Assembly: GCA_950097015.1 (NCBI GenBank)
Contig: CATNEN010000024.1
Span: forward strand, 62,001-126,000
Source: Macrostomum hystrix
Taxonomy: Eukaryota > Animalia > Platyhelminthes
DNA: 64,000 bases
Direction: 5' to 3'
The notes beneath the pieces were generated by a model. It was not told the origin of the DNA and did not search any database. It was given only the letters and a program-made list of their open reading frames with translations. The position numbers were made by a program, and so were the translations under genes. This document shows positions 1 to 11,162 of this stretch, one piece after another (within the stretch, counting starts at the first letter, position 1; every line of letters begins with the position of its first letter).

Positions 1-161
1 TTCACTACTGTGTCGTGTTTCTAAGCCTTAAAACTGAAAATGGATTTTTTTGCTTCTTTATCTCTGAATATTACACATTCAATTTTTCGGCATTAAATGC
101 TCTACTCACAAGACTGAACTCAATAGTTTGACTACAAACTGCGCTCATATAAACCACACAG

Positions 162-272
162 AGCCGAGTCCGACAGAAAAGAAAATCGAAGCGACCTCTC
201 CGGGCACGTCGACTGCTGAAGACTCCAGACCGACTGAGGCGCCGCCGGCCGTCGCTGGCGAAGGAGCCTCAG
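162..272 (+). CDS. Candidate upstream exon of the FN3 receptor gene (Pro/Ser/Thr/Glu-rich, mucin-like)
   Basis: Acceptor cacacag|161-162 and donor G|gtgcgt at 273 are both phase 1, matching the phase-1 acceptor at 1089. Translates to EPSPTEKKIEATSPGTSTAEDSRPTEAPPAVAGEGAS. No recognisable domain, so support is weak. Confidence 0.3.
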
Positions 273-849
273 GTGCGTCCTCTGGCGGTCCAGGTCAAGA
301 AGTCATCGATGTTGGAGAGCCGATCGGTGTGTGGCAAAATATTCTCCAAGCCTTTTCTCAATTGAAACCAACAGTAATGTGTTTGGTCCCCGTTGCCTTT
401 GTGTCACATTCTTACATTTCTACTTTTAGTACAGTATAATGTATATTTTCCCGCCCCGCCCCCATCTATTCCTCTGTCAAAAGTGAAATTAGCACCGGAT
501 CGATATTTTCCGTTTTCCAAACCCCCTTTTCGCCAGCCAATCAGCGCTCTTTCCAACCCCTCACCCTCCCAGCTCCTTGAGGCGCTCTAGTTATTGCACA
601 CCCCTTTTCTAAATAAAGTTTTTCTACTGGCTTTTCTTTAACTTTTTGGCCTCAGTCAACTGCTAGAAGTTCCGGCTGGTGTTGCAAGCTTGTCAGAGAC
701 TTTTCTCACCAATTTTTTCCTTAAGTAATATACGAGTTAATATCGTAGTTAATCTCATATTAAATCAATACAGATATTTACGATTTGACCTAGTCTTGTT
801 CGGAACCGATGATATCTTTACTGCTCTTAGTTTTTGGGCGTTTTTTGAG

Positions 850-1023
850 AGTCCATTGGTTAGAGCTTCGAACTGCCAATCAAGAGGTTAGGAGTTCGAA
901 TCTCAGCCCAAGGGAAACTAAACTAAGCCGTCCGACATCAGCATAGTCGAATTATTCAGCGATCCTTGGCACAAAGACCCTGGTGACAAGGACAACTAAC
1001 ACTTCTCTGTATTAGAGACTCTA
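850..1023 (+). mobile_element. tRNA-derived SINE (pseudo-tRNA head plus family body)
   Basis: A-box-like ccattggttagagc, anticodon-loop-like ct-gcc-aa and B-box gagttcgaatctc, but no pairing acceptor stem. The body (acatcagcat...gaccctggtgacaaggacaactaacac...ctctgt) recurs, diverged, at about 49395-49510. Confidence 0.55.
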
Positions 1024-1088
1024 TTTTAGAGTCTTCTCTAAAATAAAGGGAAGGTTTAAAAAATTATGTACTATTATTTCCTTCGCAG

Positions 1089-3475
1089 TTGTGTCAGCGC
1101 CAGAAGTCACCTTAGCTGAAGGCCCGCTGGCGCTGAACATCAGCTGGACGGTGTCTCCGCCGGGTGCGGCGTTTCGCATTCGCCGCTTTCGCGTCCAGCA
1201 GCACGAACTGGCGCCGGAGCCGAAGCGAAAACGCCGACTAGCAGAGAGCTCAGAAGCTGCGGCGGCCTCCGCCTCCACTCACGCCGAGGCCGGTCTGCCA
1301 ACAACCCTGGAGGAGGTGTCCGCCTCCGTTCAGTCGATTCTGTGGTCCGGCGTCAAGCCTCGCCGAGTCTATCAGTTTCGCGTCGCCTTCGACATCATCG
1401 GCAGCGCATCGGCCAGCGGAGACGACGGTGTCAGCCCCTGGAGCCGGCCAGTCAGCTTCGCCCACGTTGTCGGCCCGGCGCCGCGCATCACAAGCGTGCC
1501 GCGTCATTCACGAGAGCCGCTCACCTGGACCTACATTGGGGACGCTGGCGCCACCGGCTTTGTGGTCTGGGTGCGGAACCTGTCGGTGCCACAGCCGCAT
1601 CGGCGCTACATCAAGTACTGGGTGGCCAACGGTTCGGCGAGGCAGTTTTTCTTCTACGATTTGGCCGCAGGTCCGAGCTACGAGCTGAGCCTGTTCGCCC
1701 GGCTGGCTGGCGTTCAGAGATCGCCTGACAGTCGCATCGAGTCGTTCAAGTTGGCTGGAGATGCCGACAATGGCGCCGGCGGTCGACAGTCGGACAGGCG
1801 AGGCGACCGCACTCGGGTGGACGGCGTCGGCGACAAGGAGGATTCATCATTGCCATCACCGCCACTGCTGATCCTGCTGGTGCTGGCCGGAGCCATCGGG
1901 CTGCTGCTGCTGGCCGTCGGGTTTGTCTTCCTCGGACTCTGCCTGCGTAGGCTGAGACGCGATCGGAAGCTGCGGGCTCGCCTAACCAGTAAGTGACCCC
2001 TTATGTACCCGTATGCACCCTTGTTATGAACTGAGGCTGCTGATTTTAGAGGTCGTTAATTATACAGTGGACTAATCAAGACATAGGAGGGGGTGTTCCA
2101 TCAGTACTTTTACTTTTTCATGCTGGATCAACACGATCTTAGTGTAGTTTTCCGTAGTCGTTTTTTAGCAGCACGAAAACATTTAAGTATTTGTGATCTG
2201 TGCTTTTCTCATAAGGTTGTCTTCAAATCCGTCTTCAAATCTAGCCATCTAATGCTACATTCGAACCACTTGATTCTTAATTTTACAGACGACTCTTGGA
2301 GCAACAACATAACATACGGTAAATTAAATTGTTTCAATGATTAAATTGTTAAATTTAGCAATCCGGAACAAAATGGTTTTCAACTCGCTGTGGACGATTC
2401 CAGCTCCCCATATGCCAATGCCGACCGCCTATGCCGTTGATCCGATGAAGGAGCCACCAAAACTGCAGCTGCAGCCGCATCAGCAGCCGCAGCTGTACTT
2501 GACCTATCAGCCTACAACCCTGGGCGGCCGGGGCCATCAGCAGCCGCAGCTGAACTTGTGCGACATGCTGGACGGTGGCATCGGTGCGAGGCCGCCTCTG
2601 GCCTCCGCCGGACAGCACAGTATCTACGCTTCGCTGCGCAGCCAGCGCGAGCGAACGCCCATGCTGCTGGAGTTCTGCCCAGCTCCAGCCGGAGCCTCCC
2701 AGTGCAGCCCGGCCGCTTTACAGGGCAACGGCGGTTGTCATGGCAACGAGGAGGGTGAATTAATCCCCGCCGCAGGGGCCGCAGCAACACCGCGACTTCA
2801 GCAGCGCTGCGCTGGTCTCAATGGACAGGCCGATACGGAATCATTGTACAGTAGCTTCGCCAGCCAGCAACAGCAGCAGCAGCAACAGCAGCAGCAGCAA
2901 CAGCACGAGCAGTCACAGCAGCCTTCGGTCTATCAGCAGCAGCAGCATTATCAGACACCGACCACTGGACGATCGTCGGCCACTCTAGACTACTCTCGAC
3001 GGCATCACAAGAGGCGACGGCGTCAGCAGGGTGAGGGAACGCCAACTCTGGCTCGAGATCAGCCGCAGCCGATGCAGCCGATGACAACGATGCTCCAGGA
3101 TCAGCACAGCAGTCCGACACCGCCGCCAGTTCCAAAGCACAGACGAGTCAACGGTACAAAGACTAATTAATGTTTTTGACAGTTTTCCAACTGTTTTAAT
3201 GAACACATCGATCACTGCCGACAGTGAAACTTGAAATAAATAAAGCCTACAAAAACCCTTTATCTACCTATTCAGGCCAGATCTATGCCAGACCCAGCGA
3301 TCTGCACGTGTTCGGCTCTGTCGGTCCAACTCCTACAGCTGTGGCGCACTTACAATCTCAACGGTATCGCTACACAATGGGCAATGGCGGCGGTTTCAGT
3401 CAGCAGCAGCGCGGCCAGGCGGAGGGTTCTGCACCGCCAGCTTATCCCGTGATGGGCCTGCCGTACAATGCCTGA
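1089..3475 (+). CDS. Roundabout (Robo)-like FN3 single-pass receptor, 3' portion; exons 1089-1988, 2289-2318, 2359-3153, 3276-3475
   Basis: Two FN3-like repeats (LNISW...GVKPRRVYQFRV...SPWS; LTWT...DLAAGPSYELSLFA), a hydrophobic TM (LLILLVLAGAIGLLLLAVGFVFLGLCL) and a basic stop-transfer segment. All three introns are GT-AG and phase-consistent (phase 1). The tail has KMVFNS...MPTAYA, resembling Robo MKTFNS...PTPYA (CC1 region), plus PTPPPVP and a C-terminal PPAY. The FN3-TM call is strong; Robo orthology is moderate. Confidence 0.7.
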
Positions 3476-5218
3476 AGCTGAGACGGTCAAGCTCAGAACG
3501 CACAGAAACGTCCGGTCCCATCCTCAATGGCTCCATATAAGCGGGCTATATAGTCCTATAAAAATTAAAATATGATGGGAAAACATTTTACGTTTTTTGG
3601 TAGAAAATGAAAACAGGCTTTTAGTCTGTATTCTAATCTAATGGACAGAACCTTTTCTCCTGCGTTTCTGTTCCGTCATTTTTATATGTTTTGTTTTAAA
3701 AGATCCAAGGTATTTTTGTTCGCAGAGTAAGTATAGATGCGGAATTACACTATAGTTTTTTCGGAAAGGTTCGACCATCATGTATAAAGGAATCAATCGA
3801 TGTTAAATTTCGACGTTATTTTTATCAAAGTATGAGCCATCTTAGCACTATTTTGACGGAGATTTGGGCGTCACTGGGAGGGATGAGGCTTGTGTAAGGA
3901 AACGCAACAAAACAAAACACCTGTGACTAGGAGTAAATATAGTAAGCCGTCTAATGACAAAAGCTGACGGAATGTGCTGTAACTTGTGTGGCATGTAGCT
4001 TGTGGTAAGATGAGAGAAGGCTATTATGGAAGGAGCTATAACTTTCACGAAGCTGTTAAGTCTATCCGCCCTTTATTAAAATATTGCTTTTATGGTCTCT
4101 GTTTCGTAATTCACACTAATATGTATCGTGAACCTTCCCATGTACAATCGATATTTGTAACTCACGTGGCTTTTCTATTTTGTGACTGCTTCTAGTAATT
4201 TCGGCGGCGGTTTTGTTTTTTGCGTTAATTCGTCTTCGACTTGTGCCATTTTATTGAATCTCATTAGACAGAGTCGGGAAATCGCATTGGTATCGTTATT
4301 TTATTTGTGATTGGCTTTGTAATTTAGTACTTAGCTTGAGTTTCAGTCTGCTTTTATATTAATTTACTAAACAAAAAACGATTAAGCGAAATTTGGCTAT
4401 AAAATTTTCAATGTTCCTTTCGTTCGCTTGACAAAAATGACTGATGGAAATATTCTCATTTAAGGTTTGGCTTGTGTCACATAAGCTTTTGCTACGAGCG
4501 TGTTTGCTGTGCAGTAATCAAACTCTAATTGTTGTATACCCAAATGAAAAAACTAGCTAAAGCAGCATTCATTAAATACACAAATCAATGTGATCGATAC
4601 CAATCTTTGTATTCATGCATAGAAAGCTATAAGAGTGTTATCCCAATGCTTAAATCTTGCAGCTGAATATTTCTAAGCTTGTTCGATTTCTAAAAATTAC
4701 ACATAATGATAGACTTTTAGTCGTCAGCTATAGCTAGTACATCATCCTCATTTGACGTGTTCGATCTGAGCAGTCTATGTCAGGATAGTTAGCCGTATGC
4801 CGATCGACTTCACAAAGTCGATCAAGATACAGGGCAGTTATACGAGTACAATTACCTAATCATCGAAAACAAAAGAAGTACCTGAGTAGCGCACATCATT
4901 TAAATTGGCGACAGTCGACGTGAAGCCGGCGATTAGATAACCCTTGACCATTCGGAATTAAGCCATATTACACTAACGTTGTTAGATTTGATCAAAGGGC
5001 TGTAAATTACATACGGGCTTTGCAGCTTCCTCACGATCGTGCAATTATCATGCCGATTTTTATGCCGTCTTCGAGCCTCATTGCAATATCTTTTAGGACT
5101 TTTGCAGAGTGTGCAAAATTGCGTTTCCCAATCGCGCAGGGACATCGGGAAACTGCTTAGGCCTAGCTAATAAGAAGATCAACACAAACACGAGGTAAAA
5201 AATCAAAAGAAGCCACAC

Positions 5219-5522
5219 TGTCGTTTGTGACAATAATTTCAAAGTTAGGTTAGTTGAAGTAGAAAGCTGTAGTTGATCGTTATTAACAGAGTTTATTTGT
5301 AGATTATTAAACGGTTGAACGGATCGTGAGAGCATAGCGCATTTGTCTCTTGAATATAATTTAGGGGTTTTGAACCTAGACAATACTGTACTGGGCTAAA
5401 GAAAGCATTCTAGAATATTCTAGAATGGTGTTGCTATTTTTAGAAGCGTGCGCATCAACTGGGGAAGGAAAGCTAGGCAAACGATAAGGGCGGTTTTATG
5501 GAGGTTCAGTCTGAACCCGACA
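5219..5522 (-). repeat. 3' LTR of BEL/Pao element
   Basis: Identical by eye to 7149-7452. Confidence 0.95.
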
Positions 5523-5701
5523 AGCTGGGGCGCCGGAAGTGCAAGCTAAAAAAAAAACGCAAGTTGAAGGTGTGAATTGGGATCGCAAATGGGTAGTAGG
5601 GTGGGTAGTAGGTTAATAACGCAAATAGGTAATAGTGTAAACTGATAAAGAAGCATGCATGAACGTCCTTTAGTCACATTAGTCAATTGAGTCTCTGTCA
5701 G

Positions 5702-6991
5702 TCAGTCCAGTAAGGCGCTGCGTATAATGTTCCGGCGTTGCGCACGCTTGGCCCGGGTGGACATTTCTGGTGTTCTTGGATGCATGCTTAAGTCCGGAGT
5801 CGGCCCAGCGTCTTGAGCTTCCAACGGTGCTGTAGCATCGAAGTCTGTGTCTGCTGTCACGTTCGGTGAGGCGCCGTTGATGTCGAGATCTACCTCGAGA
5901 GGAACGAGATGAGCTACTGCTCGGCAGGACTCGTTACCACTGCTTGTGCGCACGGTGACATAGCGTATGATACCATTGGCGTCTGGGTGTGTGGTAACGA
6001 CCCGACAGGTCTTCCATGACCCACGTGGTGTGTTCTCAGCGAGAAGGTAGAACTGACCGACTCGAGGTTCAACCCTGCGGTCGGGAAAGCGAGTACGATT
6101 GCTCAGATGAACGTTTTGAAGATGTTGTATGTACTCGCGTCGCCAGCGATGCCAAAAGGAGTCGACGATCTGTTCCCGGTGACGGTAAGCCGCTCGGAGT
6201 CTGTCTGCAGTCGTAGAACCTGTTGGCAAGATGTTGCCTTCGGGCGCACTAGGCACATCAAGCCGAGACGATGGTGCGATAAGGCACGCGGGCGTGATCG
6301 GACGTGGGTCCTTCGGGTCGCTGCTCAATGACGTCAATGGGCGACTGTTGATGACCGCCTCTATCTTGCAGAGAAGTGTAGTGAGTTCCTCATCGGTGAT
6401 GCGACGGTGCCAAAGAGCTGGGCGAAGACTTGATTTGACCATAGCCACCAGACGTTCTACGGCTCCTTGATGCCACGGTGACCGAGCCGGGGCAAACCTG
6501 AAGTGGAGCTTTTTGACTGCAGCGAACGGTTGGAGGTCGCTGTATAACTTACTCTGGAAGGCTGGAGAGAGAAGAGTGTCAACGACTTTTGCAGTGGCTT
6601 GGAACGCAGTGGCTTGATCAAGGAAAATGGTGCCCTCAGTTAGACCTCGGCGTGCCCAGAAGCGTTCAAATGCATGTAGTACGGCGTCTGCTGAATAATC
6701 GTGCAGGAGCTCGATATGAACTGCTCGACTGGTCGCACAGCAGAGGAGTAGGGCCCAACGTTTTCGAGTAAGCTGTGTTCTGGGATCGAAGGTGTAGATC
6801 GGTCCTAGCTGGTCGACGAGAATCGAATTAAAGGCAGGTTGGGACGAGTCGAGGCGTTCGGGTGGAAGCTGGCCATGTGATGGACGTGGAAGTGTTGTTG
6901 CCTTAGAGAGACGGCATTCCCAACATCCTTGAACACCACGGCGACAGCTATTGGAGCAGGTGCTCCATCGGTCATGGATCTCTACCGTTTC
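5702..6991 (-). pseudogene. BEL/Pao integrase reading frame (partial zinc finger CWEC, DDE core, DUF5641-like tail)
   Basis: Hand translation is open from 6991 to 5702: GCWECRL...QLPPERL...SILVDQLGP...AVHIELL...FERFWARRG...IFLDQATAF...SPWHQGAVERLV...INSRPL...FWHRWRREYIQHLQ. No in-frame ATG precedes the core. Confidence 0.9.
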
Positions 6992-7148
6992 TCACGACTC
7001 CATTCCCTCCTTGGCACGACGTCTTATGTCCTCCGGTTCGCGAAGCACAGCAGCAGCAAAGGCATTCCCGACGCTATCGAGCGAGAAATCGCTGATTGTC
7101 TCTGTTAAATTTCGCATTGACGCTCTCTGCTACCGCTCTGCTACCATT

Positions 7149-7452
7149 TGTCGTTTGTGACAATAATTTCAAAGTTAGGTTAGTTGAAGTAGAAAGCTGT
7201 AGTTGATCGTTATTAACAGAGTTTATTTGTAGATTATTAAACGGTTGAACGGATCGTGAGAGCATAGCGCATTTGTCTCTTGAATATAATTTAGGGGTTT
7301 TGAACCTAGACAATACTGTACTGGGCTAAAGAAAGCATTCTAGAATATTCTAGAATGGTGTTGCTATTTTTAGAAGCGTGCGCATCAACTGGGGAAGGAA
7401 AGCTAGGCAAACGATAAGGGCGGTTTTATGGAGGTTCAGTCTGAACCCGACA
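7149..7452 (-). repeat. 5' LTR of BEL/Pao element
   Basis: Identical by eye to 5219-5522 and followed on the minus strand by the tRNA-iMet PBS. Confidence 0.95.
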
Positions 7453-8594
7453 CACACATTGAAAAAGCAGGCAACACAAAAATGCAAAAAATATTTCCTT
7501 TATTTATCGATGTATAAATGGTTTTCGCAACTGAATTACTGAATTTACGCCCTATTAGGTTTACAGAATTTTAAGCAAAATGCTGGTTAAAACCATTAAA
7601 CATTTCATGCTTGTAGGCCTATCTGCAGCAAAGATTGACTGTTGAAATCTTTCGATTTAAACAAAGCTGGCGCAAATTTGAAAACCACGTGATGCATGGT
7701 TCTACTTCAGTCTCGGAGCTGAATTTTCTCTTCATTAATTTAGCAAATGTCCTCCCCTTATCACTCAGTTGTGTCATAAAAGCTTAGCTTCAAACGCCAA
7801 ACCGTTCTGAAACATAATCAGTCCAGCTTACATATTTGCAGCAACATAAAGTAAATATTTAAGTAGTGTCTAAATCTATATTATTATTACATTAACATTA
7901 TAAGCAGTTGAAAAGCATGTTATTTTTGCATTCATTACAAAAAGTGCATAATTATTAAAATCATGTTCAATATACATTTGATTATTTCTGTGTCGAAAAG
8001 GGGCCTAGCTCAACACAGCATTGTTTCATAGACAAATTTAATTAAGAGACTGCATACTACAACCCAATTTATATTAGGAATTGTTTTTTGTATTGTATTG
8101 TATGTTTGTTAAAGGTTCCAGTCCCTTTGTATGCCACCATCTCGTCTACCAATAGACAAATTGACTCATTTGTGAACAAATAAAATTCATGAGCAGAAGA
8201 ATAAGTTGCACACAGGTCACAGTACTTGATTTGATGGCTGTGAGAACATGCCTTCAAAATGAGTCAGATTTTGTTGTTTAGATGTGCTGCAGACTAAAGT
8301 GATGTAAATATAAAAGCACCACTACACCTTATAAATATGAACTTGTGCATTGCATATGCATTTTATCTAGGGCCTATTTGGTATTTTATTTTGTGACAAT
8401 TAAAGTTGAGCAGAAGAATTTGTTTCAATTGTTTGTATGACAGATGAGGTTGTATGAAGTTTCTTTTAACTTGACAAGTTAATAGCAAACAAGATCGTGG
8501 CAGAAAAAATACTGAAAACTGTTTGTGAAGTGTCAAAAATAATTATCTGTTTTTTTAATGTAATGGCTTCATAATTGTTTACTTTTTTTCAATG

Positions 8595-9436
8595 CTAACT
8601 AGAGATTTTGTCAGTTATATATCTCAGTTTATTTGTTTGTGTTGTACCGGTTGTCCTGCTAACAATGCGGGATTCGGCACACTCCAATATGAAGTCCAAG
8701 AGTACTAGGTAGTGTAGTAGTAGCACTGCCAGCAGGGCATCAGGACTTCTGTCTTCGGTGAGGTAAAGGATCCTTGGCCTGAAAGAGATAAAGTCACAAA
8801 GTCTTGAGAAGTGTACACCTTGCAGAGTTCCAGTCACAGTTAAAGGCTGTCAGAGTCCTGTGTAGCTTGGGTGGTGGGAAGAGGCTAAGTTAGTTTCAGG
8901 ACTTAGCCAGAACTGAGCTTGCGAGCAGTCACACACAGAGACTAAAGCAGGAACTTAGACACTGATGGCACTGTACTCTTGGTAAGAGAGAGTGACTATG
9001 ACAAGGCCAGAAAATTTCTAGCAAAAAGGAGAACTTTGAGAACCAAAGGAGCGGGGCTTTCTTTTATAGGCAAGGGCCTCCTATATGGTCAGTGCAGAAT
9101 TAGAAAACATGTAATGGAATCACGTGGTTTCTAAAATTAGCAACTGATGTCAGTAGCACCAGGAATGTCACTCCTATGTAGGCTCCTGTCTTATAATCAA
9201 GGCCCCAAGTGCAGTAAATATGTTTACCTGCACTTTCAAAGACAAAGAGAGAGGCCAGTCACATGAGGAGAATCAAGTGACAGACAAGCACACACAGAGA
9301 AAGAAGGACGGGGAACAGCGAAGCCAGTGAGGGACAAAGAGGTGATGACTCATCCCTGGGGGAGAGACAACACACTCAAAGTGCAGGTGCGGCCGGGTAA
9401 GGGCAGGGCAGAGAGGGAATGGACATCTCTAGTTAG
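8595..9436. mobile_element. Unclassified CpG-poor element bounded by short inverted repeats
   Basis: ctaactagaga(ttt)tgtc at the left end and gacatctctagttag at the right. The minus strand has TATAAAA and a terminal AATAAA. No TSD found. Confidence 0.35.
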
Positions 9437-11162
9437 AAATTGTACAGGAAGCTTCCCATTGGTCCTCCAAGTTTAGGCCAGTTTTTAATGACTGCATATC
9501 TATGCCAAGCTCATTTGAAAAGTGTTTATTGCGATAGTTATTGATGCTTAATTTAGTTTATATATTAGTCTCCACAAATTGCATTCATACAAATAGTCAA
9601 ACAATGAAAAAGTATAAAAAGAAACAAGATATACATATTTCAGAAAAGCATTAGCAAACAAGCAATATACATGTAAGAGCAAACTTTTTGAATGCCATTT
9701 CACTTCAAAGATTAAAAAAGCTAACTGTTATTCTAAATTGCATTTGAGCACAGAGTAGCTCAAATCCAAAAGCAGCAAATACTCGTAATATGAGCATAGC
9801 ATAAAGTAACATGCTTCATCACTATCCAGTAGAGACCAACCGGGACCCGATCCCAACTCCCGAAAACTTGGGAGTCGGGCCTTTTTTCACCATTCCCGAC
9901 AACTTGGGAGTGAGACCAGGGAGTCGGGAAAAGTCAGGCGGGAGTGAGTACAAGAAAGAAGAAAATGCAAGGAAGATAAAAGAGAAGAGGGATTAGACAG
10001 AATATTAGTAAAGAGAAGTTGGAAGTGTGTACATATAGGAACCAGAAACTGTAAGTATAAAAAGTAGATTCAATCATACTTGTAGAATTATAGAATTAAA
10101 CACCAGGTAATTTTTCATTCGCTGGGGTTCATTTTTTGTCTATCAGAATATTTTATAGAAAGGAAGGCACGATTAGAAAAATAGTTCTGAATTTTCTAAA
10201 CCAAAACTAATAGTCAATAGGATGTAAGGATGATATGGTTTCGTCATAGAGTTGTTATATTTCATTTCATGCACTTCAGTTTCAAAAGATGAACCTATGT
10301 TTAAAAGGCCTCAAGGATAGAAGTGCTGCCTTTGACGGTCTCTATAACAGAATAGAAACCGCAAGTAATAAACAAAAAGCGGACTACATAAAATCGAGCT
10401 ATGTCAACAGTACTTACATCACTCGAAGCTCATAATTGAGTACCTAATTACAAAGTAAAAATATCAAGTAACACGAAAATAGAAGCTGAGCATGAACTTA
10501 TGCATTTACGAACTTACGAATATTTACGCAAAACATGTTTTTAATTTGGCGTGAATTTGAATATAAATAATATCACAAAACAAAGTGATTGCCCTAACCT
10601 AATATCTAGTACTTACTTACTAATCCTATTATAGTAATAGTGCGGCTAGTGCCCACCTTACCTACTACTTGCCAACCTGCTACCTACTTACCTACTGGCA
10701 AGTGGCTGGCATGGCTAAAGGCTAGCTTAGCTACTACCTATACAATACATATTACATACTTAATGCACTATGCAGAATTGCAGACTTAATATTTAATACT
10801 TACTAAGTATTATACATATATATATATATACAATATCCATCTGATTCCATCATAACAATGTCATAATGATGATGACATCGACATGGTCATGAGGCACATG
10901 AGGAATATATAGGCTTAGGCATATTCTATTAATTTATGATATCAAATATAAACGAATAATAAAGATTAAAGGACATTGACATTGGAATCTATTATATTGT
11001 TGTATATAATATAATTATTATATTAATATTCATTCATATATTGGAATAATTATAGGAAATTAACATATTATATAATTATATTATATTACTATATATATAT
11101 ATAGTAGTATAATAAGTATATATATATACCATGTCTGCATGTCATTATCTGCCATATTCATA

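Larger units (their letters stand above)
5219..7452 (-). mobile_element. Internally deleted BEL/Pao LTR retrotransposon, 2234 bp, 5-bp TSD CACAC
   Basis: Two 304-bp LTRs (TGTCG...CGACA). CACAC at 5214-5218 and 7453-7457. A PBS, TGGTAGCAGAGC, follows the right LTR on the minus strand and matches the 3' end of animal initiator tRNA-Met. The internal region holds only integrase plus a BEL-type C-terminal domain. Confidence 0.93.

Noticed and set aside
850-915. Functional tRNA gene (GCC anticodon-like loop)
   Set aside because: No acceptor stem and a weak anticodon stem; it continues into a repeated SINE body.
5093-5383. ORFs 5093-5383 and 7074-7313 with identical N-termini
   Set aside because: They are chance frames inside the two identical LTRs.
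8069-8257. piggyBac-like motif LLVDEMVAYKG on the minus strand
   Set aside because: A single short resemblance to SVDEQMIPFKG, with no other motifs, TTAA TSD or TIRs.
7460-9820. Missing 3' halves of P-like copies B and C (expected if A, B and C were nested insertions)
   Set aside because: No WLRQ..NY or FFNC..KN coding remnants were found left of the hAT insertion, so simple nesting is unsupported.
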